A model generated the notes under the pieces. The model did no database searches. It was given only the letters and a program-made list of their open reading frames with translations, and had not been told where the DNA came from. A stretch of 64,000 nt of DNA from NCBI GenBank assembly GCA_965603825.1, contig CBFDEM010000037.1, forward strand, positions 496,001 to 560,000. The letters are read 5' to 3'. Every line of letters starts with the position of its first letter. Within the stretch, counting starts at the first letter, position 1. Below are positions 11,936 to 23,235 of the stretch, in pieces. Source of the stretch: Blepharisma stoltei ATCC 30299 (Eukaryota; Protista; Ciliophora). The translations under genes were made by a program, and so were the position numbers.

Positions 11936-12296
11936 CAAATTATTTGGTTTGATGAAGATAATGATGAATATGCTTATCAAATTGGCGTAAGTATGATTTA
12001 ACTTATTGGTGTTACGGATTTATTAATTTGTGAAGGTCTTAGATTTTATAATCAAAAGGAGCTTGAGCAACATAATGCTGAAGCAAAAATCAGTCATCTA
12101 TATCACAAAATAGAAAATCAACATTTATTTTAGTAAAAAATGATAAAAAATGCTTTTTATTCAAGCCCTTTAGTATTAGCCTCACGTATATTTACCAACT
12201 AAATCAGATATTAATACTGCTAATCTCTGCACAAGCTTAACATTATTCTTCACAATCCGAAAATCCTAGAATATTAAATATGGCAATAATTATTAC

Positions 12297-12914
12297 ATGA
12301 AAGAGATTGCCCTCTATGCTCTGCTTAACGGGATACAATTTACAGCTAATCTTCATGGGCTTGAAAAGGCTACCATAAAAGCATGGATTCGCGATTTAGA
12401 TTTTGACAGAGACCCTTTTTTCGTTAAATTAAGAAACCTTGTAATTAAAACTGCTAAAAAAATCGGGATAGAAAGGACTTGCACACTCTTTGAATTCCCT
12501 CGGCGAACTCTTGAAATATTGATGCAGGAGTTTGGAGATGAAGAAGTAGCAGTTGAGCTTCCAGCAAAAAGAAGCAAACCTAGTAATGGTGACGGTAAAG
12601 AAGCTAAAATGAGAGCATTAAAAATGCATATAAAAGGGAAATCTACTACAGAAATATCATTAGCTTTACAAATAGGACAAGAAAAAATCACAAAGTGGGT
12701 AGAGTTTTATGAGGCTAAGAAAAGAGAAAAGAAAATTGCAAAGAAAGAAGAAGCCCCTGTAAATGTGACTGTCATCAGTAGTGATTCTGATATCGATAGA
12801 AAGCCAAAAGTTGAAGAAATAATTAAAAAAGTTCCTGATCCAGTAAACTTGGAAGAAATCCAAGAAATTGACCCATTCGATTTAATGTTTGAGGAAAGTA
12901 TAAAACAGCCATAA
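12297..12914 (+). CDS. Protein with tandem helix-turn-helix-like motifs
   Basis: GIQFTANLHGLEKATIKAW, GIERTCTLFEFPRRTL and GKSTTEISLALQIGQEKITKW resemble HTH motifs. Confidence 0.65.
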   Translation: MKEIALYALLNGIQFTANLHGLEKATIKAWIRDLDFDRDPFFVKLRNLVIKTAKKIGIERTCTLFEFPRRTLEILMQEFGDEEVAVELPAKRSKPSNGDGKEAKMRALKMHIKGKSTTEISLALQIGQEKITKWVEFYEAKKREKKIAKKEEAPVNVTVISSDSDIDRKPKVEEIIKKVPDPVNLEEIQEIDPFDLMFEESIKQP

Positions 12915-13349
12915 ATAAATTTATTATATGGAGGATATGAAAAAATAGGGATAAAAGACTATCCCCCTTTGTTTTTAATTATAATAAATTTTTATTTATT
13001 ATCAAGATTGGCCAACTAAAAAAATTCATATAAACTGCTTAGCAATTTTTATAATTCGAAATCGAAAATTAATTCTAATTTAAAAATAATTTGGATATTT
13101 AATAATTTTTTAATAAATTTTTTAATTTAACTATAATAAATAATTGTTTACCTTTCATTATGCATATAATTACAGATCAATGTGTTGCAATATTGCAATA
13201 AAAATAACTATGCTAATAAAATCATAATTGAGATCTCTGCACTAACTTTAGAGCAAGCATATCGCTCTTTGATTCCATTTTACTATCATTTTAACTTTAA
13301 TTCAGTTTCTCAATTTCCAAAAAATCTCAAGCGATTCATAATTCCATAA

Positions 13350-13787
13350 ATGGCAGAGACGCAGCCAAAGAAAAGGGCATTCCGCAAGTACACCTACAGA
13401 GGAGTTGACCTTGACGACCTCGTGAAAATGGAAAAAGAAGACTTTCTAAAGCTCCTTGGCTGCCGTCAAAGAAGAAGACTTTTAAATAGAGAAGTTCCTC
13501 ACAAATACATCCGCTTTTACAAGAAATGTGTGGCTGCCAAAAAGGATACCCAAGTCGGAGAAAAGCCAAAACCTGTAAAGACTCATTTAAGAGATGCTAT
13601 AATTCTTCCTGAGTTAGTAGGGTCTGTTGTTGGAATTTACAATGGAAAATCTTTTGTCCCAGTTGAAATCAAGCCTGACATGATTGGCCACTATCTAGCA
13701 GAATTTTCGCTTACTTATAAGCCTGTTAAACATGGAAGACCAGGTATTGGAGCAAGTAAAGGTTCTACTGCCGTTGATCTTAAGTAA
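13350..13787 (+). CDS. RPS15: 40S ribosomal protein S15 (uS19)
   Basis: [39 protein letters not shown]. Confidence 0.98.
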   Translation: MAETQPKKRAFRKYTYRGVDLDDLVKMEKEDFLKLLGCRQRRRLLNREVPHKYIRFYKKCVAAKKDTQVGEKPKPVKTHLRDAIILPELVGSVVGIYNGKSFVPVEIKPDMIGHYLAEFSLTYKPVKHGRPGIGASKGSTAVDLK

Positions 13788-14001
13788 GCTAAGAAAGTTA
13801 AAAATAAATCATTAAGATTCTGCCAGAAAGCATAGAAAATTCATATAATAAAATTGCGAAAATAACAATAAAAATTAGCAAATGCATTAAAGAACTAAAA
13901 GGCATCTAATGTGATCTGACATTCTTACATTTGGTTTAAAAATAATTCAATCATTTTGCTTGACTACCAATAATTACTTATTGACCGAAGTTAAAAGTTT
14001 T

Positions 14002-14442
14002 CTAGAATTTTTCTTCTTCTGATGCTTTCCTCTTCTGTGGCTTTGGAGGCCTTGGAAGTCTGCAGTTCAGAGCCCTTTCAATTTTTACTATAACTTGGTT
14101 GTCAGGAACAGCTCTGCCACTTTCATATTCGTTGACCACGCTTTGTTTCTCATTGATCCTCTTCGCTAAATCAGCCTGACTCAGTCCTGCAGCACTTCTT
14201 GCCTTTTGCATTTCAATCCTGAACTCATGAGACAGCTGTGGAACTTCAACCACATCGGTCTCCTCAGCCAATTTCCTGATATTCACTTGAGGACCATGAG
14301 TATTATGTCCACCTTGTGCCTTTCTCACTGTTTCAATATTGGCTCCTCTTCTCTGGGCGTCTTGCACTGCTTGTTCTCCTTTTTTGGCTTTCCCAACAGG
14401 ACCAGTAAACACAACTCTATTCCAGTCTTGATGTGGATTCAT
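14002..14442 (-). CDS. MBF1: Multiprotein bridging factor 1
   Basis: QDW N-terminus; Cro-type HTH SQADLAKRINEKQSVVNEYESGRAVP. Confidence 0.96.
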   Translation of the reverse strand: MNPHQDWNRVVFTGPVGKAKKGEQAVQDAQRRGANIETVRKAQGGHNTHGPQVNIRKLAEETDVVEVPQLSHEFRIEMQKARSAAGLSQADLAKRINEKQSVVNEYESGRAVPDNQVIVKIERALNCRLPRPPKPQKRKASEEEKF

Positions 14443-14498
14443 TTTCTTATTTATTATGAATTAATATTGATCAAAATAAATACACATCATTTTTAGTA

Positions 14499-15923
14499 AT
14501 GGAAGAAACAAAAAACACAAAGGAATGAATCACAATTGATACAGAAATTCCTCCACTTCCTGAAAAAAATGAGAGGCTCCCAGCCCCTGATGAAGAGAAA
14601 TATGAAAGCGAAATGAAAGTGATGGAAGAAAAAATTTCCAAGCTGAAATTACAAAAAAATAATGTTTCTCAACAAATAAATGAGCTTAAGAATGGGGGCG
14701 GGATTGAAAATAAGAGTATTTCGACGAAGCAATATATTACAGAGAAAATCCATATGTGCAAAGAATTGAATCTTGAAAAAACAAATAATCAAAAAAAACT
14801 AGAAAATTTTAAAAGTGATTTTAGAAGATTGTGTGAAGAACAGAAAAGGCTGAAACCGAAAATAAAATATTATGAAGAGGAAGATATCAATAAAAGAATT
14901 GAGTCTTTACAATACAAATTAGAAACAACTACTGTCACTTTGCAAGAAGAAAAGCAGATTGTAGCAGAGCTCACGCAGTTGCAGCAGGCGAAGCCACTTT
15001 TAGCACAGTTTAAGGCAGGGTCGTTGAAGCTTGATCATAATAAAAAGAAGCAGCAAGAGCTGAAAGATAGAATCAACGTTATATATAATGAAGTTAGAGC
15101 AATCAGTAAAGAAATTGAAGATATTAATCAAAATTTAAAATCAAGCCAAGAAAAGTCCAGGGAAACAATCCCAAACCTTATAGAAGAAAAGAAATTGATT
15201 TCTGATCAAATAAATGTGATTGAGACTGATAAAAAGCGATTATTTGAAAACTTCAAAAAAACAAAAAATGATTACGTAAAACAGCAAAAACTTATAAAAT
15301 ATATTGAATGGGCCGGAAAGCTAAAAAACAGACTTATCGAAGATGAAAAACGGAAAAAAGAAAAAGAAGCCTTAGAGCAGCTAAAACAGCTTAATAAGCC
15401 TCATCCTTATCAAAAAGAAATCAATCTCTGTGAAACATTTATCAACTACTTAACAAATATTCTCCCAAAGCCTCCAAGTCAATTAGAAGAAACCAAAGAA
15501 ATCCCTCAAGACAACACCTATTTATCCAATAAAGACGAAAGAAGAGAACTAGAAAATCAAGAATGATTCAAACAGAAAAAGAAGCAAAAAAAGAAACGCG
15601 ACAAAAACAAAGAAGACAAACTTCATTCCCTCCCTATTGAACTTTTAAATTTTTTCTCCTATACAAGCATCAAAGTCCCTACTAAACAAGAAGACATAGA
15701 GCCTGCTATCGAAGATTTAAAAGCCCAAAAAGAAAAATTCAAAGCCTTGACTGTAAGAGACGAAAAAATTGAGACTGAAGCCAAAGGAATTTTTAAACAA
15801 AAAATCCTTCCCAGCATGGAAGAATTCCCAGCCCCAGAAAACAGCAAAATAATCGTAAACTATGGGATATTTCAAGATGAAGGTCCTACTATTAAAGAAG
15901 ACCACAAACAAAGTGCTAAATAA
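14499..15923 (+). CDS. Bfr1-like coiled-coil protein (474 aa)
   Basis: ATG 14499, TGA at 14526 and 15564, TAA 15921. Motifs PAPDEEKY, LQEEKQIVAEL, PYQKEINLCETFINYL, IKVPTKQEDIEPAIEDLK. Confidence 0.75.
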
Positions 15924-15938
15924 TTATCTTTATAATAA

Positions 15939-16682
15939 ATGGAGGCCTTTAAAAGATTTTTAGATCTCCGAAATGCTGTATTTAAAATCCGCATATCAGG
16001 ATGCATTACAGAAAAAACTCTTGAAAAATTGAACAAGGATCTGAAGAAAAAAGCTTGGCGACGCCCAGTCGCCCTCGCAGTCGTGGTAAACTCTCCAGGA
16101 GGAAGCGCAGCACAAAGCAGCTTAATTAGACAACGGCTTTTGACGTTTAGTAAGCAGCATAATATCCCAGTCTTTGCGTTTGCAGAAGATCTTGCAGCAT
16201 CTGGGGGTTATTATGTAATGTCAGCTGCAAATGAAATTTATGCGACTCCTGCATCACTTATTGGGAGCATTGGGGCAAGATTCAGCTTGTTTGGGATTAA
16301 AGGGCTTGCAAATAAGTATGGGATTGAAAGAAGAAGCTGGGCAAGCTCACCATTGGATTTGAATGAAAGAATTGACCCTCTTAAAGAGCTTAAGCCAGAG
16401 ACCCAAAAATGGCTTGTAGGATTAGTGCAAGATACAGGAGTCGAATTTAAAAAAGTAGTAGAAGAAGCTAGAAGAGGAAAAATCAAGGTCGAAGAAGCAA
16501 AAAGAGATGAAGCTTTGTACAATGGAGATCTCTTCACTGCAGGTGAGTCTTTGAAGTATGGACTTATTGATAATTATGGAGTTTGTGACGAAATCATGAA
16601 GGAAATGTTTCCTAATTACCAAGTGGTGGATTTATCAAAGGTTTCTAAGTATTCAAAACTTCTTTCAATGCTCGAAGAATAA
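15939..16682 (+). CDS. S49 family (SppA-like) peptidase
   Basis: VNSPGGS, EDLAASGGYY, GSIG motifs. Confidence 0.93.
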   Translation: MEAFKRFLDLRNAVFKIRISGCITEKTLEKLNKDLKKKAWRRPVALAVVVNSPGGSAAQSSLIRQRLLTFSKQHNIPVFAFAEDLAASGGYYVMSAANEIYATPASLIGSIGARFSLFGIKGLANKYGIERRSWASSPLDLNERIDPLKELKPETQKWLVGLVQDTGVEFKKVVEEARRGKIKVEEAKRDEALYNGDLFTAGESLKYGLIDNYGVCDEIMKEMFPNYQVVDLSKVSKYSKLLSMLEE

Positions 16683-17591
16683 TTTTAAGCTCTCAGTACT
16701 TGATATTGTTTTAGCACTTATAATTTCCTAATAAATAATTCAAATTCTTTAAAATGAGATGTATTGCCACTTATGATACCTTAAATTGGATGCAATAAGC
16801 AAGAGCTTCAATCAAGAGTAGCTCCTCTCTTAAATAAGCATTGATTCTCACTCACTATATTAAAATGCATTCTTCGCTCTATATATTCATTCTTCCATTC
16901 ATACTATTAATTCTTTCACTTTGCTTGGTCCTAATCAATTTTTGCACTTTAGCTTATTTATGGCTAATAAATTTTCAGATTTTCATGGGTAGTGAACTCA
17001 CTAAGTTTTTTTTTACTCAACAGATTTTTGTTCTGTTCACACTATTTTTATGCTAACTCTCCAATTTATAATATAGTTCTACCATTAATTACTATTACGA
17101 TGATTTAATTTATTATCGAATATCTATTTATATATATAGCTTGCTCATCATTCAACCTATGAGTGCGAAAGCAGACTTCTAGGATTTTAAAAGATGTATT
17201 GAAAAGTATTTTGCAATAATTAATATTTTTTAGCCATTAAAATTAAATGGCTTATGTAAAAATGTAGCTTGTCACTTAATGGTAATACATGCTGAAGTGC
17301 TAGAAAAGAAAATTAAAGCCGAAGACGAAGTTTTACATAATGAAGATCCTTTAGTTGATTTCTGATTTATTAATTATCGGCTGAAAGATAGTCATGCCTG
17401 TTAAAATGCTATATAATAATCAAATTAAATTACTTATCGAAATAATTAATGCCTTTTGGAGGGTCCACAACTATTATCAGTCTTCGATATCTTTATTGAA
17501 TATTTAAGAGCATCTTCTAAGAATAAAATAAAAAACTACTTGAAAATAATTTTATTACATTTGGTCCTACTACTAATTTTTCATATTTCCT

Positions 17592-19232
17592 ATGAAATCT
17601 TTATTTTGGAACAAGCTCAGCACTCTTGGTACTTGCTACCCTACAAGCCGAGAAGGCCACTCTTGAATAAACTCCCAATCCCTTCGCAAATGAATTTTGT
17701 TTGGAGGAATCGGCACTTCTCGAAGCAACGAAATTTTCTTATATGACTCTGTAACTTCTTTATGAGAATCTCCAGCTGTCCAAGGTAAACCTCCACAAGA
17801 GCGCAACTACCACGTATCATGATTTGACGACTCCTGCAAATCTTTATTTATTTTTGGCGGCCAAAGTGACAAGCGCGACCCTCTTTACGATTTTTATGCT
17901 TTGAATTTCGAATTAAACGCATGGATAAGGCTTTATCCTTCAGATCAGCCGACAGGTCGTATTTATAGTTCAGGCTGCATTCTGGGTGATCGTTTTTATT
18001 TATTTGGAGGAGCTTCAGCACCTGAAGATTCTTTAAACAATGATTTATGGTCGTTTCCTTTTAAAGAAATCAATTGGACTGAAGCAAGAAGTGAAGGCCA
18101 CTGTCCAAGCTGAAATAAGCATCAGACCATAAATACACCAAATAGTAGAAAAGGACACTCTTTAGTAGGTTTTGGAGGAAATTTAATTTTGTTTGGAGGG
18201 CTGACTGACAAAGGGCATTCTAATGATTTATTTGTAATTTCAGTTAATGACTGAAGATGGAATAAAGCTAACACTATGGGGCATGGACCAAGTCCAAGAG
18301 CTTTTCATGGCGCCGCAATTGTAGCACAAAAAATCATGGTCATTTTTGGAGGCTTAGAAGCTATTAAAACTGGGAGGTCTGAAAGAATTAATATATTGAA
18401 TGATGTTTTTATATTGGATTTACAAGATATGCACTGGTCATCTCCTTTTATAGGAGGGTTTTCTCCTTCAAAAAGGCATAGCTTAGGTATTGCTTGGGGT
18501 GCAAACAGACTTGGAAGAGAGCAGCTTTTGATTGTGGGTGGAATTGAGCAATCGTTTGCAGGGATGGATATTTTCTCACTTGAAGAAGCTGAGCTAGATC
18601 CAGGCCAAGCTTGGCATCTTGAAGAGCCACAAAGCACTAAAAAGAAAATGTTTTCAATGACTGAGTCTGCGATTTTATCAAATCGTAAAAAAATAAGGGA
18701 CTTAGAAGGTCAAGTTTATAATACAAGATATAGAGTCTCAAATATAGAAGACGAAATTTTAAAACTGAAATCAACAAATGACGAAATGAAAAAAGTGGAC
18801 AAAATGAATGAAGACAAGCTACAAGATACCATAAATAGACTAGAAGAGTCAAAAAGAGAAAAAATTGATGAAGGATTTATGCTAAGAAAAGAAACAGAAA
18901 ATAAAGAAAAAAGATACAAATTATTTGTGGGGAGACTAGAAGTGCTAGAAGATTTAATTAAAAAGTCAGAATCACTGCTGATATCAGTTGACAGCATTTT
19001 TAATGAAGTTATTGCTGATAATGCAGGACCAAACTTTGTGTGCCTAAATAAAGAGAAAATGGGGGAAATTGACGATAGCCGTGCTCTTCATCAAGAAAGC
19101 ATAAAACAACTAAAAAATTTTATTGAAAAACAAGGAAATCGTATTGAAGAATTGAGTGTAAAAATTGAGGAAAGCGAAAAAGAGTTATTAAAGTTTGAAG
19201 GGGACACAAATATTTCGTTGGAAGATTTATAA
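17592..19232 (+). CDS. Kelch-repeat beta-propeller plus C-terminal coiled coil (546 aa)
   Basis: ATG 17592 (MKSLFWNKL). Six in-frame TGA (17664, 17691, 17763, 17820, 18111, 18252). Repeated PxxRxxH..FGG motifs. Confidence 0.9.
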
Positions 19233-19303
19233 TTATAGTAAAATCATTGTAATAAAGTTATTTCACAAACTAATAAAGAGAAACTTAATAATGGTTAATT
19301 ACC

Positions 19304-21901
19304 TTATTTTCCTGCCAAATAAGCAGCTGAGAGCTCTTTCCCTTTCTTGAATCTTTTCAAGTCATCTATAGTCTCTCTCAGTCCTCTTGAGATATCAAAC
19401 CTATCCTGTGGCAAAGTTGGCAGCAATTTTTCTAATTTTTCAATGACAACTCCTTCTTCCACATATCCAGGAACCAAAAAGAAGCAAAAATCTTTTGAAT
19501 ATTCCTTATCTTTGGTATTAATGACTTCTCCAACCTTTGCGAAATACTCATCACAGCACCAGCTCAATATATCAGCTTGTTTTTCTCTATTAAATCCGCT
19601 CATTGACTCTTCTCTTTCATATCTTGACATCTTTTCGCCTTCTGTCAAATAATTCTCCCATCTTTCTCTTTTTGCTTGCAAAACAGGATAGGCAGCTTCA
19701 CAATAAATTTTAGAAAGGTGGCCAGTATCAGATTGGTCTCTTTTAAGTTCTTCTTCTACAAGCGAACTAGCTTCAGGTGTGATTTCAGCATATTTTTTAA
19801 TGATACTCCATCTGTCAAGCTGTCCTAGTTTCCATCCTTCAATATTAGTGCTGTCATTTCTGACCCATTCTATAGCTCTATCAATGTCGCTTCTGTTGTA
19901 AATAGCGTGAATAGCTTTTTTCTGGAAAACAATGGCATCTTGAGGGTTTGCTGCATTTTTTATTTTGTCGAGAATTACTTCTAATAACTCATGGGCTAAG
20001 TCTTCTTTTGCTTGGCTATTAGGAATGTAGCTATGAAAAGCGGCAGAAGATATCTCAAGTGCGTAGTTTGCAATGCCAAAGTTATTTTCTCCAGGGATTT
20101 GATGAACTACGAATTCAATGAATTCGACTGCTGAGGTCTTGATGTCACGGACCATATCCCATAGAGCTCTGTAGACAAGTTGGCGGGTTAAAGGTTCTGG
20201 GATTTTATTTAAATGGTGCTTCAATATATTGAAAGACCCATCATCAATTCTTACCTTGCAATATCCCCAATCCCCAACATTAAGAATCGCACAGGATGCC
20301 TTGAGGCCATGGAATTCTTCAAGAACTGTCTCAGGCTGAGGCAAAATCAAGACTTCAGCTTGCTTTACTTGATTTAAATCTTCATCAAATACTTCTATAA
20401 TTATTTTATGGTCTCTCAATGTAGGATGAGCCTCCAAAGCAGGAGTTTGCTTTACAGTGAATTTTGTAATAACTCCTTGTTCATCTTTTTCTATTAGAGC
20501 AGCAAGCTCATTAAGCCCAGCAGTTCTAACCCACCTATCAGCCCACTGGTGAATATCAATAGGGTTCCCTGCAGCTTTAGCTTGTTCAGCAATTAAATCA
20601 ATCAAATTATTAAACTCCGCATTTGAGTATTGATACTTCTGCATATAATTCTGTAAGCTTTTCATAAAGGCATCTCTTCCTACTAAGAAATAAAGTTGCT
20701 TTAACACAGCTGACCCTTTAGCATAAGAAATTCCATCAAAATTGGTCTCACATTCATCAGTATCATTTACTGGTGTACAAATTGGATGGGTCGTGCTAAG
20801 CTGGTCAGTCGCATAACCCCAGCCTTTTCCGCCTAAGAAATCAAGCCATATTGTTGGATAGACGTCATACAGCTTGCCTTCCATAGCAAAGACAGACATA
20901 ATGCTAGCAAAAGATTCATTTAGCCACAGATCTTCCCACCATTTCATAGTGACGAGGTCGCCAAACCACATGTGGGCCATTTCATGGAGAAAAGTGTCAC
21001 AGACTCTGGTTAATTGGATATTTGATGGAGTGTCTTTTAAGACGTATTGGTCTCTGTAGGTCACACATCCGACGTTTTCCATAGCGCCCATATTGAACTC
21101 AGGGACAAAGACTTGGTCGTATTTGCCGAATGGGTAAGGATAAGCGAAAAATTCGTTGTAAAATTGAAGACCTTTGATGGTCCAGCCGAAGTATCGCTCT
21201 GGTATTAGATATTTGTTTAATGACTTTCTGCAGTAAAGGCCTAGTTTTATTCCGGTTGGATTGTCGTCACATCTATGCTCTACGTAGCTGCCTGCACATA
21301 GGGCGTAAAGATAGGTGCTGATTTTAGGAGTTTTTGGGAAGATGTGAAGGATTTGCTTTTCTGTGGTGCCAGGAATTAGAGGGATTGCTATTTTTTGAGA
21401 AGCATTGGTGTTGGAGATGACTAGCCATTCGCTTGGAGCTGCAATTGTAAGTTCTAGTGTGGCTTTAAGATCTGGCTGATCAAAGCAAGGGAAATATCTA
21501 TTGCAGGCAAATGGCTCATGCTGAGTATAAAGGTAGATTTCTCCATCTTCAGGGTCTTTAAAGTAATGCAGCCCATATCCATCATGAGAATACTTGTTTT
21601 CATATTCAATGACCACTTCATTTCTCCCTTCAGCCAAGCCTGAGAACCAAATTTTGTTGTCTTTATATCTGATTTCAATATTTGTTCCATTCACTGTCAC
21701 AGTTTGGACAAGCTTTCCTTTGAAGTCAACCCAAATTTCTGCTGAAGGGTCTTTATATGTGAATGAGACTTTTACCCAGCCAGAGTATTCTTCACCTTTG
21801 GAAAGGCCGAGTCTGAGTTCATAAGAAACATCTTCAATGGCTCGACTGCGGACTTTTGCTTCTTCATGTGTGAGCAAATATTTTTCCACTTGTTCCGCCA
21901 T
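19304..21901 (-). CDS. pepN: Aminopeptidase N (M1 family) with ERAP1-like C-terminal domain
   Basis: GAMEN, HEMAH..W..LNESFA, FDGISYAKG. Confidence 0.95.
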   Translation of the reverse strand: MAEQVEKYLLTHEEAKVRSRAIEDVSYELRLGLSKGEEYSGWVKVSFTYKDPSAEIWVDFKGKLVQTVTVNGTNIEIRYKDNKIWFSGLAEGRNEVVIEYENKYSHDGYGLHYFKDPEDGEIYLYTQHEPFACNRYFPCFDQPDLKATLELTIAAPSEWLVISNTNASQKIAIPLIPGTTEKQILHIFPKTPKISTYLYALCAGSYVEHRCDDNPTGIKLGLYCRKSLNKYLIPERYFGWTIKGLQFYNEFFAYPYPFGKYDQVFVPEFNMGAMENVGCVTYRDQYVLKDTPSNIQLTRVCDTFLHEMAHMWFGDLVTMKWWEDLWLNESFASIMSVFAMEGKLYDVYPTIWLDFLGGKGWGYATDQLSTTHPICTPVNDTDECETNFDGISYAKGSAVLKQLYFLVGRDAFMKSLQNYMQKYQYSNAEFNNLIDLIAEQAKAAGNPIDIHQWADRWVRTAGLNELAALIEKDEQGVITKFTVKQTPALEAHPTLRDHKIIIEVFDEDLNQVKQAEVLILPQPETVLEEFHGLKASCAILNVGDWGYCKVRIDDGSFNILKHHLNKIPEPLTRQLVYRALWDMVRDIKTSAVEFIEFVVHQIPGENNFGIANYALEISSAAFHSYIPNSQAKEDLAHELLEVILDKIKNAANPQDAIVFQKKAIHAIYNRSDIDRAIEWVRNDSTNIEGWKLGQLDRWSIIKKYAEITPEASSLVEEELKRDQSDTGHLSKIYCEAAYPVLQAKRERWENYLTEGEKMSRYEREESMSGFNREKQADILSWCCDEYFAKVGEVINTKDKEYSKDFCFFLVPGYVEEGVVIEKLEKLLPTLPQDRFDISRGLRETIDDLKRFKKGKELSAAYLAGK

Positions 21902-22113
21902 TAATGTATATTATGTCAGAAAATAGTGTGGAAATAGAAATAATAATTGAACTTAATGGAGTAACTTAATGTGCAAAATAATCAAAATAAAGAATTTCAA
22001 TTTTTTGATATAAAGGAGAAGATGATTTAAAAGCTAAAATGCAGAATTTCTATAGTAATATAGAATGCTTAATGATTTTATTTAAAAATAATATCTTAAT
22101 ACTCCTTTCCATA

Positions 22114-23112
22114 ATGGATAACAAATACAGAGAAATCGCTAGGAAAACACAGCGAGAAAAAAGCTCCTCAGTACTGCTGTCTCAAGGCCTAGCATTTTTC
22201 GTAGCAAACACAATTTCAGCCCCTTTTACTGTCCTAGGAACCTCACTTCAGCTTTCAGTGATGGCTAATAAAAAGTTTTATGGAGAGGAATCCAAAGAAA
22301 TTTCCAAACTTTTGCTTGCCAAAAGTCACGATTTATGCGTTAAAGAGCGCCAATTCAACATGCTGCAGCTTGCCGCAGGAGTAACTGGAGAAAATCGACC
22401 TTTTAGAGCGCCAATCTATAAGAATTATAGAGAAGCATTTTTAGCACTTGCTGGACAAGGCTACCAAGGATTTTTCAAAGGCAATTTTATAGAAACCCTT
22501 TTCAATGTAGCGTCAGTCATAGTAAAGTCGCAATTATTGTGAATTATAGGGCTAGATAAATATGAAGACGGAGGATGAAAAATTTTTCTTGGACTTACAG
22601 TAGCAGGTTTAGGAGACTTGGTGGCTCAGCCTTTGCATATGGCTCAAACACGATTTATTTTGCAAAACAGGCTGCCTGTATTTGCAACATATAGAAGCCT
22701 GCCTTTTTTATATGGAAAAATCGAGACATACGAAGTTTATCAAGGGTGGGCTGGGGCTTTCCCTCGCTCTTTTGGCACAAATGTGGCTTCAATGTCAATT
22801 TCTAATATTGGTGGACTTGAAGCTATAATCCTTGGAAATATATTTGCCTTTACAGCACTTTATCCTCTTCTTACTGTGCAGAGAAGACTTGAAGCTCAAA
22901 CTGATGATCATACTATGCTGCCTAGAAGATATTTAGGATACAGATTTGCGTTTTCTAGGATGTACCATGAAGAGGGGTTCAAATCGTTCTACCGAGGCTA
23001 CTTTTGTAACTTGATATCTTGTGGGATCAAAAATTCTCTGATTTTCTTGCTGACTGCAACTTTCCTCAACTTAGACAGGTTTTCAACATTTAAAAGAGAT
23101 AATTGGAATTAA
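22114..23112 (+). CDS. Divergent mitochondrial carrier (SLC25-like) protein (332 aa)
   Basis: Two ORFs joined through TGA 22540 and 22576. Three repeats with P-motifs and G..GF(F/Y)(K/R)G. The start at 22114 is preferred over 22039. Confidence 0.8.
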
Positions 23113-23235
23113 ATAGTTATTTAAGTGATATATCGGCTAATTTTTAATTTCAGCTAGACACTTTTATAGCAATTTTTTGTAGCGGAATTTCTTTTCGTCT
23201 CACATATAAGAAAAAAATTAGCAATCTAATTTTAT

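Noticed and set aside
16841-17056. Hydrophobic 71-aa ORF, and nearby 41-aa ORF 17279-17404
   Set aside because: Low-complexity AT-rich translations with no motif; not distinguishable from chance.
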